Assembly (NCBI RefSeq): GCF_965228795.1 | Contig: NZ_OZ245839.1 | Coordinates: 1,311,908 to 1,375,907, forward strand | Direction of reading: 5' to 3' | Source of the DNA: Ekhidna sp. | GTDB lineage: Bacteria > Bacteroidota > Bacteroidia > Cytophagales > Cyclobacteriaceae | Length of the DNA stretch: 64,000 bases | Shown here: piece by piece, positions 1 through 7,513 of the stretch | How positions within the stretch are numbered: position 1 is the first letter of the stretch | How the letters are laid out: every line of letters starts with the position of its first letter | The notes under the pieces: model-generated | Database searches by the model: none | Seen by the model: only the letters and a program-made list of their open reading frames with translations | Told to the model about the DNA's origin: nothing | Program-made: the position numbers and the translations under genes

Positions 1-145
1 CAAGACCTTGCTCATCTGGTGTTTCATCCCTGCTGCCAATATCCAACATGATGCCCACATGGGCGATTTTGGTTTGTGGCACCTCTTTATGAATCACCCG
101 TATGCCGTTCGACAATTCTATCAGCTCGTATTCCTTCTTGCTCAT
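1..145 (-). CDS. M16 (pitrilysin) family peptidase, N-terminal part; runs off the window start; absent from the ORF track
   Basis: Manual translation from ATG at 145: MSKKEYELIELSNGIRVIHKEVPQTKIAHVGIMLDIGSRDETPDEQGL. The LSNGIRV...GSRDE...GL pattern directly precedes the HxxEH motif in M16 peptidases. Confidence 0.85.
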   Translation of the reverse strand, partial: MSKKEYELIELSNGIRVIHKEVPQTKIAHVGIMLDIGSRDETPDEQGL

Positions 146-152
146 GGGGGTG

Positions 153-160
153 CAAAGGTA
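153..160 (-). promoter_or_regulatory. Bacteroidota primary-sigma -7 element (TACCTTTG) for the M16 peptidase
   Basis: Exact TAnnTTTG match just upstream of the ATG at 145. Confidence 0.6.
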
Positions 161-172
161 GAACTTATAATG

Positions 173-637
173 TCAGAACACACTTACAAAATGTAAAAGG
201 GTGGTTGACATAAGACCTTGAATTACTAGCCAGATTTGAAACCTGTATGTAAACTTGTTGATTCTTTTTTTATTTCTATTAGCTATTTCCTCTTGTATTT
301 TAAAATACTCATCATCTTTTTTAGATAGCAGATGGTTAAACGCAACGAAATGCTGAGCGGAAGATTTTGATAATTTGATTGAGGATTTAGAAAGTAAAAT
401 AATATTCAGAATTATTGTTCCGATGAAGGATGAGTAAGCAATAGCAATTAACATAACCTCGTAGGTTTCTGAAATAGAGTAGTTAGTTAAGTTGTAGAGA
501 AAACCCAATGAAACTAAAATCAAAACTACGTCTAACCTTTTAGCATCGTCCATCGCTGCTTCATCTAGTTTTTTATAGATCTCCTTATGGATTTCAATTT
601 GATTGATTCTTTCATGTTCTTTTTTTGACGTATCCAT
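173..637 (-). CDS. Hypothetical membrane protein (2-3 hydrophobic segments), AT-rich
   Basis: 154-aa ATG ORF filling an intergenic gap; hydrophobic stretches VVLILVSLGFLY, MLIAIAYSSFIGTIILNIILL and a C-terminal one; no family recognised. Confidence 0.65.
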   Translation of the reverse strand: MDTSKKEHERINQIEIHKEIYKKLDEAAMDDAKRLDVVLILVSLGFLYNLTNYSISETYEVMLIAIAYSSFIGTIILNIILLSKSSIKLSKSSAQHFVAFNHLLSKKDDEYFKIQEEIANRNKKRINKFTYRFQIWLVIQGLMSTTLLHFVSVF

Positions 638-702
638 AATTAAAAATAAAAAGTAATTGAAAAAAATCAGTTTACTTGAGACTATTCGCTCGAACTTCAG
701 CT

Positions 703-733
703 TCCCATCCTTGCAAGGAGGGATAAAGGGAGG
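703..733. repeat. REP-like short palindrome followed by a G-rich tail
   Basis: tcctt-gc-aagga hairpin then gggataaagggagg; similar layout at 3411-3436 and 7449-7493. Confidence 0.45.
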
Positions 734-744
734 TTAATTAAAAA

Positions 745-1275
745 TTACTCCTTATCAGGCAGCTTCTTCATCGCCTTAGCAACCCCGTTCCAAATCTCTT
801 TCTTATCGTAAATCGGGTTAAGTTCCATATATTTTACAGCATTGGAGCGCCATACCAACTCAGAATTTTCCCGATCAATAACATCTATTACCAGGCTGCC
901 TTTTAAGAATTTTTGATACTCAGGATAGAGCATGGTTAGCCATTCACGCTCACCTTGGTAAGTACCATCATACAACTCTCTAACCTCGGCTGAATCTTCC
1001 TCAATGACCATGAAAAAGTTGACCATCAGGTCAGACTGATCGTCACCTTGCTGATACCCTTTTTCATACATGTTAAAAGCGATGGCGTTGGCAATCTCAT
1101 CGACTACTTTTTGATCATACAGGTAGTCAGGTCCCTGGTAAGTGACCTCACAGCCTTCCAGCCAGCACCAGGTCTCAAAATCAGTGAACGACTGATTCGG
1201 TTTTTGATAGGTTTTGACTGTTACTGCACAGGATGTTAACGTGAAAACGAGTGCGAGAAAAATGACCTTTTTCAT
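745..1275 (-). CDS. DUF4136-like lipoprotein
   Basis: Lipobox LTSC; D(F)xxFxTW/Y start, 'D(L)xVNF' and 'GSLVIDVIDRENSELVWRS' match DUF4136. Confidence 0.8.
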   Translation of the reverse strand: MKKVIFLALVFTLTSCAVTVKTYQKPNQSFTDFETWCWLEGCEVTYQGPDYLYDQKVVDEIANAIAFNMYEKGYQQGDDQSDLMVNFFMVIEEDSAEVRELYDGTYQGEREWLTMLYPEYQKFLKGSLVIDVIDRENSELVWRSNAVKYMELNPIYDKKEIWNGVAKAMKKLPDKE

Positions 1276-1367
1276 GACCTTTAATTTTCATGTAAGGTCG
1301 ATGATTGAAGGTTTAATGTGCCTGACTGGTGTCACACCAAGATGTGAATTTTGTCAACCGGAGGGTG

Positions 1368-1544
1368 TTATATCGCTTTTACCAATTTCTTAAGTGTCTT
1401 GCTGAGGTCGGGGATAAGGCATGAAATTATTGCAATAATTATCGCCAACTCAACAGAATTGGAATACATTAGGTAAAATAGGTAGCAGGCAACCCCTAGA
1501 ATAAGCACTAAATGAAAAATTGATATCACCAGTTGGTTCTTCAT
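1368..1544 (-). CDS. Small 58-aa two-helix membrane protein; absent from the ORF track
   Basis: ATG 4 nt after the sigma-factor stop; MKNQLVISIFHLVLILGVACYLFYLMYSNSVELAIIIAIISCLIPDLSKTLKKLVKAI; two hydrophobic segments and a basic C-terminus. Confidence 0.6.
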   Translation of the reverse strand: MKNQLVISIFHLVLILGVACYLFYLMYSNSVELAIIIAIISCLIPDLSKTLKKLVKAI

Positions 1545-1548
1545 GTGA

Positions 1549-2778
1549 TTAAGATATTCGATTCATCTTTAAGTAAAGATAGTTTTTCTCCCGCTTGTTT
1601 TTACAAAGCTCAATCGATTTTTCTAAAGCTAACTTGGCTTCCTCTATACCCCCCATTTTGTGAAGTATTTCACTTTTAATGGCATAGAAAAGATAATATT
1701 CCTCAAAAAACTGAGTAGCCTCCAAACGCTCCACCTCCTTTAATCCTAATAATGGTCCGTGTACTTTTTCGAGAGCTACCACCCGATTCAATTCCACAAT
1801 AGGAGTAGGCGTAAGCTGAAGTTGTAAATCATAAAGACTGAGTATGTTTTTCCAATCGGTTTGTTCAAAGTTAGCCGCACTACAATGTGTTGCGCTAATA
1901 GCTGCCTGAATGAGGTATTCATTCATGGCTCCATCTTCTGATGCTGCTTCCAAAAATCGTAAGCCTCGTTGGATTAGCTCCTGACTCCATTTGGATCGAT
2001 CCTGATCCTCCAGTGAAACAACATTCCCTTTTTGATCGACTCTGGCATCAAATCTGGAGGAATGGAAAAACATCAGTGCCATTAAAGCGTTCGCTGACGG
2101 AGTATTGCAAATTTCACTTTCAAGTAAAACTGTATTTAATCGAATCGCGTCTTCGCATAAGTCCTTTCGAATCAAATTTTCACCCTCAGCCGACTTATAC
2201 CCTTCATTGAAAAGGAGATAAACGATTTTGAGAACGATCTCGAGTCTTTTTTCAATCTCATGTGCCGGAGGCAAAATCAGTTTGATTTCTTCTTGCTTAA
2301 ATTTCTTTTTAGCTCGGGTATAGGCTTTAGCTACTGTTTCTTCTTTTTTCAGAAGCGAACTGGAAATCTCACGAACCGACAGACCACCAAGAATCTTCAG
2401 TGTTAAAATGATTTGATACTCCTGACTTAATGTAGGATGGCAGCAGGCAAACATCATACGTACCATGTCATCATTGATGGACTCTAAGGATAGCTCTTCA
2501 TTCATTTCTTCAACACGTTCCGGTACCTCCTGATGATTTATTTTTTGATCCCTCCGTAGGTGATCGATCATCTTGTTTCGTGCCACTTTAAAGATCCAAC
2601 CAGTTGGATTATCAGGAATCTGTGAGTAGGGCCAGGTCTGCATGGCTTTGATCAATGCCTCCTGCACGCTATCCTCTGCCAGCTCCAGGTTGGACGCACC
2701 AAATTTACTGGTGAGGTGAGATACTGCCTTACCGTATTCCGTTCGGAAAAAGTGATCGACGAGTTGAGAGGTTTGCAT
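1549..2778 (-). CDS. ECF sigma factor with long TPR-like C-terminal extension (ECF42-like, DUF6596)
   Basis: AEDSVQEALIKA...W...P.NP.GW...VARNKMID, 'MMFACCHP', 'VYLLFNEGY', 'YLIQAAISA.H'; follows a DGPF/YciI gene. Confidence 0.9.
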   Translation of the reverse strand: MQTSQLVDHFFRTEYGKAVSHLTSKFGASNLELAEDSVQEALIKAMQTWPYSQIPDNPTGWIFKVARNKMIDHLRRDQKINHQEVPERVEEMNEELSLESINDDMVRMMFACCHPTLSQEYQIILTLKILGGLSVREISSSLLKKEETVAKAYTRAKKKFKQEEIKLILPPAHEIEKRLEIVLKIVYLLFNEGYKSAEGENLIRKDLCEDAIRLNTVLLESEICNTPSANALMALMFFHSSRFDARVDQKGNVVSLEDQDRSKWSQELIQRGLRFLEAASEDGAMNEYLIQAAISATHCSAANFEQTDWKNILSLYDLQLQLTPTPIVELNRVVALEKVHGPLLGLKEVERLEATQFFEEYYLFYAIKSEILHKMGGIEEAKLALEKSIELCKNKREKNYLYLKMNRIS

Positions 2779-2797
2779 GAGATGAACCTAAATGAAT

Positions 2798-2860
2798 GTC
2801 CATTGCGAGCGAAGCGAAGCAATCACAATTTTAAGATCACTTCACTTCGTTCGTGATGAT
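2798..2860. repeat. REP-like imperfect inverted repeat (cattgcgag...gcaatc / gat...cgtgatg type)
   Basis: 24-nt arms 2801-2824 and 2835-2858 differ by 6 transitions from perfect complementarity. Confidence 0.75.
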
Positions 2861-2879
2861 GGTCTGATTTTTTAAAAAC

Positions 2880-2968
2880 TGTCACCCTGAGCCTGCCTAC
2901 CGTCAGGCAGGTGAAACGAAGGATCTTCATTTTTCAAGAGGAGATCCTTCACTGCGTTCAGGATGACA
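2880..2968. repeat. REP-like inverted repeat (gtca.cctga...gaaggatct / agatccttc...tcaggatgac) carrying a nested 20-nt hairpin
   Basis: Arms tgtcaccctgag...gaaggatct and agatccttcactgcgttcaggatgaca; insert cctgcct-accgtc-aggcagg at 2892-2911. Confidence 0.8.
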
Positions 2969-2989
2969 CTCACTATTGAGGGGGTTGAT

Positions 2990-3319
2990 TTAAAAATCGG
3001 TAATAATCTCTCTCACCTCTGTAGTCCCCCCAAATTCAAAAATTGGGCAGTCCTTAGAAAGTTCTACCGCATGATCCATATCCTTAGCGTCCAGATGGAC
3101 ATAACCGCCCACAATTTCTTTTCCTTCTGTAAACGGCCCATCAGTTACAATTTTTCCTCCCGGACCTACCACTTTTCCTTCAGATTGTAGTGGATAACCT
3201 TCAGCTTTTACTTTGGACATCCATTCGCCCCATCGCTGCATGTGGGCCTGCATTTCTTCAGGCGACTGATCTGCATAGCCTTCATCACCACCCCGGAATA
3301 CGTACAAATACTTTTTCAT
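2990..3319 (-). CDS. YciI/DGPF family protein
   Basis: 'VTDGPFTEGKEIVGGY', 'A.EL.K.CP', 'G..EVR'. Confidence 0.9.
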   Translation of the reverse strand: MKKYLYVFRGGDEGYADQSPEEMQAHMQRWGEWMSKVKAEGYPLQSEGKVVGPGGKIVTDGPFTEGKEIVGGYVHLDAKDMDHAVELSKDCPIFEFGGTTEVREIITDF

Positions 3320-3359
3320 TGTGTTGTAGAGTTTTAGTTAAGATAAATATTTCCCTTTA

Positions 3360-3386
3360 GACGAGGAGTACCATTGAAAATGGACA
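3360..3386 (-). promoter_or_regulatory. Putative ECF42-type autoregulatory promoter, TGTCCA-N17-CGTC
   Basis: Minus strand tgtcca-ttttcaatggtactcct-cgtc, ~40 nt upstream of the DGPF gene; resembles the TGTCGA/CGTC promoter reported for ECF42. Confidence 0.55.
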
Positions 3387-3410
3387 ATGAATAATTGATA
3401 ATTTCATTTT

Positions 3411-3436
3411 CTCCTTTGGAGGGGGTTAGTGGGAGG
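3411..3436. repeat. REP-like short palindrome followed by a G-rich tail
   Basis: ctcc-ttt-ggag then ggggttagtgggagg. Confidence 0.4.
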
Positions 3437-3451
3437 ACATACATTTGCTTT

Positions 3452-4045
3452 ATGAACCTTTCAGAAGTGCTTGACATTGACCCTGAATTATTGAATTATG
3501 TGGTCATTCCTTTACTGATCTTTTTTGCCCGTATCTGCGATGTATCCATCAATACCCTCCGGATTATTTTCATGCTTCATAGCCGTAAGTATGTGGCCAC
3601 TATCCTTGGCTTTTTTGAGGCGGCTATTTGGTTGTTGGCAATTAGTCAGATTTTCCAAAATATGGGAAGTTGGCAGACATTTTTGGCCTATGCTGGTGGC
3701 TATGCCATGGGAATTTTTGTGGGAATGATGATTGAAGAGCGTTTAGCGATTGGAAATGTAGTTGTCAGAGTAATAACTGCTAAACCAGCCGATGAGCTAA
3801 TTACATTCTTCAAAGAGAAACAAATGAGATTTACAAGCCTGGAAGGGAAGTCAGGTGATGGACCGGTGAATGTGCTGTTCACAGTCATGAAACGTGAGCG
3901 ATTGCCGGTGATCATTGAAGCGATTAAAAAATATAATCCACAAGCCCTGTATACGGTGGAGGGTGTGAAAAAAGTAGGTGATGGAGAGATAGTGGATGAT
4001 CGGGGTTTTTCGAGAAGGTTGTTTAGGTTGAGAGGGAGTAGATAA
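3452..4045 (+). CDS. DUF2179 (UPF0316) family membrane protein; ATG at 3452 preferred over 3395
   Basis: 'LIFFARICDVSINTLRIIF', 'LGFFEAAIWLLAI', 'YAGGYAMGIFVGMMIEERLAIG'. Confidence 0.85.
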   Translation: MNLSEVLDIDPELLNYVVIPLLIFFARICDVSINTLRIIFMLHSRKYVATILGFFEAAIWLLAISQIFQNMGSWQTFLAYAGGYAMGIFVGMMIEERLAIGNVVVRVITAKPADELITFFKEKQMRFTSLEGKSGDGPVNVLFTVMKRERLPVIIEAIKKYNPQALYTVEGVKKVGDGEIVDDRGFSRRLFRLRGSR

Positions 4046-4069
4046 GTCCTTTATATTATCCCGGAAATT

Positions 4070-4227
4070 TTTGTCAGGTGATGACGCTTGCGGTCACACC
4101 CTGACTTAACGTCACGGGATAACCCTGACAAAGCAGAGCTTTCGTCTGCTGATGACGCTTACGGTCACAGACAGACAAGTTTACTTCGTCCGTCCCTTCG
4201 GGCAAATTACGCCTATCGCGTAATTTG
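4070..4227. repeat. Cluster of hairpins, including two covarying 33-nt stem-loops (REP/MITE-like or structured RNA)
   Basis: Copies at 4073-4105 and 4144-4176 share tgatgacgcttRcggtcaca; outer stem 4070-4078/4124-4132; perfect 10-bp stem 4203-4227. Confidence 0.7.
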
Positions 4228-4230
4228 GGA

Positions 4231-4584
4231 TTATTCGTGTTCAATAATACCTTCATTCGTCAATTCGACAAAGCTACTTCTTTGTAGAGCCTGCTTAATG
4301 ATCGAAGCATTATTTCTAATCAAGTCAAAAAGTTGACGGTTTTTGAGATTCCCAGTAGTAATTAGAAAAAGACTTTTAGGTCTTTTTAAAGCCATGAAGG
4401 AATGATAGAAATCGAAATCTTTGGTGACGATCGTTAGGTTTTGATCATCTGCAAATTGGGTGATTTCTTTGTCTGTAGTTTCGTCTCCTTTTGGTAAGGA
4501 TTCTACATGCATCGAATCAAACCCAAGTCCATTCAATATTTCGCTGAGCTTTGTTGGAAGTTGAGCATCAACAATTTGCTTCAT
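4231..4584 (-). CDS. DUF5615 family PIN-like protein (putative toxin)
   Basis: 'IVDAQLP', 'D.EI...A......IVTKDFDF'. Confidence 0.9.
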   Translation of the reverse strand: MKQIVDAQLPTKLSEILNGLGFDSMHVESLPKGDETTDKEITQFADDQNLTIVTKDFDFYHSFMALKRPKSLFLITTGNLKNRQLFDLIRNNASIIKQALQRSSFVELTNEGIIEHE

Positions 4585-4817
4585 ATTGCAATCTTGCTGT
4601 AGCTTGTATATTTAGTCAATTTAGTGGCGTAGGCTAGACAAGCCAAAATATCCTCTTCAGTAAGACTTGGGTAGTCTTGTAATATTTCTTGATGGCTTGA
4701 TCCTGCTGAAAGAAGATCAAGTATTAAATCCACAGTATATCTTTTGTTCCTAATAGTAGGCTTGCCATGACATATTTCTGGATTGACCGTAATTCTATTT
4801 AAAAGTGAATGATCCAT
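4581..4817 (-). CDS. DUF433 family protein (putative antitoxin)
   Basis: 'RITVNPEICHGKPTIRNKR..V..IL.LL..G.S..EIL.DYP.L..EDI.ACLAYA'; 4-nt overlap with the PIN gene. Confidence 0.92.
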   Translation of the reverse strand: MDHSLLNRITVNPEICHGKPTIRNKRYTVDLILDLLSAGSSHQEILQDYPSLTEEDILACLAYATKLTKYTSYSKIAI

Positions 4818-4869
4818 GAAAGAAAGTTACAAAATGTCTTGCTAATTTGTTAGTAGTTGTTTGTGTATT

Positions 4870-6069
4870 CTAATGACTTTCCTCCCACACCACTTCCAAA
4901 CTTCCCCCTTCCCAAATCACCGTGCTGGAAGTAGCATCTTCCTTACGCTTGATTTTGATTCGTGCTTTTTTATTTCTGAGCATTTCTTTTTTGAGAATCC
5001 TCCAGTCGTCTTTATGATAAACAGCAGTATAGATGGATGGCTTTTCCATTTCCAGGGTGTAACTGTTTTTATCCACTTTGATCAATCTGGACGCAAAAGA
5101 AAGCGAGTCACCATTCAGCAGTGCTAAAGCTTTCTCTGCGTCAGGCACACCATAGCCAATATAATTGTTGGGACACGCCAGGCTTGAGGATGCTATGAGT
5201 ATATCCTTTAATTCTTGACCATCTAATGAAGGTTTTGCCTCCAGCAGACATGCAGCCAGTCCTGTAATCACTGGGGCTGAAAATGAGGTACCTAATGAAG
5301 CATATGCAGCAATTTCAGGCTTTACATACTCAAGCCATTTCGGCCCTTTCGAAGTGTATTTCATTTCGTCCCATACTTTGAATTTTGTCGCTCCCACGGT
5401 CAGGGCGCTTACGGCATCTCCAGGTGAGCCGATGATTTTCCATTTATGATTACCGTCATTTCCGGCAGCTACAATCACAAGTATTCCATATTCGGTGGAA
5501 ATGCGATCCACAGCTTGAGTGAGAATCGTACTTTTCCCATCCATTTGGTAAGGATGATAATTTTCTCTTTTATCAGAAAACCCATAGTTATACCCCAGCG
5601 AAATATTAATAATATTCACACCCTCTTTCGCCATCCATTCCATCGCTTCAATGGCGTATTCTTCCTCCTGTCGTTTTTCATAACCGCCATGATCCGTGCG
5701 AGCGAGGTAAAAGGTTGCACCTGTAGCCAGACCATATTGTACTTTTTTCTCCTTACTATGTCCGGCAACCAGTTCCCACACTTCTGTGCCGTGAGCATCA
5801 TCAAATCCTGCACTGCCGGAATAAGGCTTAGCATCCGGATATAGGTAATCTTTGTAGCCTGCCACTAGGTTGTTTTCAAACACATGCTCAAGTGATGTTG
5901 ATTTATTCGCTTTCAGAAATCCGCCATCAATGATACCCACTTTCACACCCTTACCGGACAGCCCGGCATCAATGATCGCATGTCCATTGATTTGCTCCAG
6001 GGCAAAGCCTAATTGCTGTCCAAATAACGGAGCAGAGAGAAAAAGAAATGCTAATTTTAGCCACCTCAT
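4870..6069 (-). CDS. S8 (subtilisin) family serine peptidase, secreted
   Basis: Signal peptide; triad motifs GIIDGG, HGT, GTSFSAP; AAGNDG; KPEIAA. Confidence 0.92.
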   Translation of the reverse strand: MRWLKLAFLFLSAPLFGQQLGFALEQINGHAIIDAGLSGKGVKVGIIDGGFLKANKSTSLEHVFENNLVAGYKDYLYPDAKPYSGSAGFDDAHGTEVWELVAGHSKEKKVQYGLATGATFYLARTDHGGYEKRQEEEYAIEAMEWMAKEGVNIINISLGYNYGFSDKRENYHPYQMDGKSTILTQAVDRISTEYGILVIVAAGNDGNHKWKIIGSPGDAVSALTVGATKFKVWDEMKYTSKGPKWLEYVKPEIAAYASLGTSFSAPVITGLAACLLEAKPSLDGQELKDILIASSSLACPNNYIGYGVPDAEKALALLNGDSLSFASRLIKVDKNSYTLEMEKPSIYTAVYHKDDWRILKKEMLRNKKARIKIKRKEDATSSTVIWEGGSLEVVWEESH

Positions 6070-6107
6070 CGCCTAATCGATTTTATAAATCAGAACGAAG
6101 ATAATCT

Positions 6108-7397
6108 ATGAGATACGATCCAATTGATAATCAGTTATTTATTCAGAATCGGGAAAAGCTTGCCAAACGAATGAAGCCCCAGTCAGTGGCAATTGTGCAT
6201 GCCAACGACATTATGCCTACGAACGCAGATGGCACCATGAAGTTTATGCAGAATAGCAATCTTTTTTGGCTTACAGGAGTAGATCAGGAGGAATCCATAG
6301 TGTTGATCGCACCTGATTTTCCGGATAAAAAAATGAGAGAGATTCTTTTCCTTAGGGAGACAAATGCAGAAATAGCAGTTTGGGAAGGACATAAGCTGAC
6401 AAAGGATGAGGGAACACAAACCTCCGGCATCAAAAACATCAAGTGGACTGCTGAATTTGAAAAGACTTTTTATACGATCCTTGCGGAGTGTGATCACATT
6501 TATCTGGACAGCAATGAACACATTCGGAATGCCAGCGAGGTAGAAACTCGCAATTCCAGATTCATCAAAGAATGCAAGGAAAAGTATCCATTGTATGAAT
6601 ATGAGCGATTATTTCCGATTCTTCAGGATTTAAGGTGTATCAAGTCTCAGTTTGAAATTGATGTGATGCAGCAAGCCTGCAACATCACTGAAAAAGGATT
6701 CCGAAGGATATTGGAGTTCGTTAAGCCTGGCGTGATGGAGTATGAGGTAGAGGCAGAATATCTACATGAATTTGTGAGAAATCGCTCAAAAGGGTTTGCT
6801 TATGAACCAATCATTGGCGGAGGTGGCAACTCGTGCGTGCTGCACTATCTTGATAATAATCAGGAGTTGAAAGATGGAGATATTTTGCTGATGGACGTTG
6901 GTGCTGAGTATGGAAATTATAATTCGGATATGACGCGGACTATTCCTGTCAATGGAAGATACACAGATCGTCAACGAAAAGTGTATGATGCGGTTTTGCG
7001 TGTGAAAAATGCAGCTACGGAATTATTGAAACCCGGAAATCGAATCCCTGAGTACCATGCTGAGGTAGGTAAGTTAATGGAGAAGGAATTGCTGGATTTA
7101 GGGTTGATTGACAAAACCGATATCAAAAATGAAAATCCGGACTGGCCTGCATACAAAAAGTACTTTATGCATGGCACCTCGCATCACATTGGTTTGGATG
7201 TGCACGATGTGGCATCTATTTATAAAGTGTTTGAGCCGGGCATGGTATTTACCGTCGAGCCGGGTATTTATATCCCGGAGGAAAACATTGGAGTACGAAT
7301 TGAGGATGATATTGTGATTACCGAGGATGGTCATCATAATTTGATGAGGAATATTCCAATTGAGGCGGAAGAGATTGAAGAGATAATGAATAAATAA
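6108..7397 (+). CDS. Xaa-Pro aminopeptidase (M24B)
   Basis: 'DVGAEYGNYNSDMTRT', 'HGTSHHIGLDVHD', 'TVEPGIY', 'GVRIEDD'. Confidence 0.95.
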   Translation: MRYDPIDNQLFIQNREKLAKRMKPQSVAIVHANDIMPTNADGTMKFMQNSNLFWLTGVDQEESIVLIAPDFPDKKMREILFLRETNAEIAVWEGHKLTKDEGTQTSGIKNIKWTAEFEKTFYTILAECDHIYLDSNEHIRNASEVETRNSRFIKECKEKYPLYEYERLFPILQDLRCIKSQFEIDVMQQACNITEKGFRRILEFVKPGVMEYEVEAEYLHEFVRNRSKGFAYEPIIGGGGNSCVLHYLDNNQELKDGDILLMDVGAEYGNYNSDMTRTIPVNGRYTDRQRKVYDAVLRVKNAATELLKPGNRIPEYHAEVGKLMEKELLDLGLIDKTDIKNENPDWPAYKKYFMHGTSHHIGLDVHDVASIYKVFEPGMVFTVEPGIYIPEENIGVRIEDDIVITEDGHHNLMRNIPIEAEEIEEIMNK

Positions 7398-7448
7398 CAG
7401 TCGACAGTCAATAGTTTTTTAGTCGACAGATATGTTATTTGATAATTG

Positions 7449-7493
7449 CCCCCTTGAGCCTGCCTGCGGCAAAGGCAGGGGGACTACAGGGGT
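7449..7493. repeat. REP-like cccc-ttga-gggg element interrupted by a 21-nt nested hairpin
   Basis: cccccttgag | cctgcct-gcggcaa-aggcagg (7459-7479) | gggactacaggggg. Confidence 0.65.
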
Positions 7494-7513
7494 GTATTGA
7501 AACATTAAAGCAT

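Noticed and set aside
1330-1356. TGTCACA...TGTC as an ECF promoter
   Set aside because: Spacing is one nt short and it points antisense into the operon rather than at a gene.
4070-4227. CRISPR mini-array
   Set aside because: Only two imperfect units, the 'spacer' is itself a related hairpin, and there are no cas genes.
4074-4336. ORFs 4074-4256 (-) and 4088-4336 (+)
   Set aside because: They run through the hairpin cluster or antisense to the PIN gene and have no protein-like motifs.
7398-7432. cagtcgacag...tagtcgacag short repeats
   Set aside because: Two 9-nt copies resembling degenerate low-complexity intergenic heptamer repeats; too short to support a call.
7439-7513. N-terminal extension of RidA (MIIAPLSLPAAKAGGLQG...)
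   Set aside because: It is a translation of the REP-like element with its nested hairpin; ATG 7514 gives a normal-length RidA.
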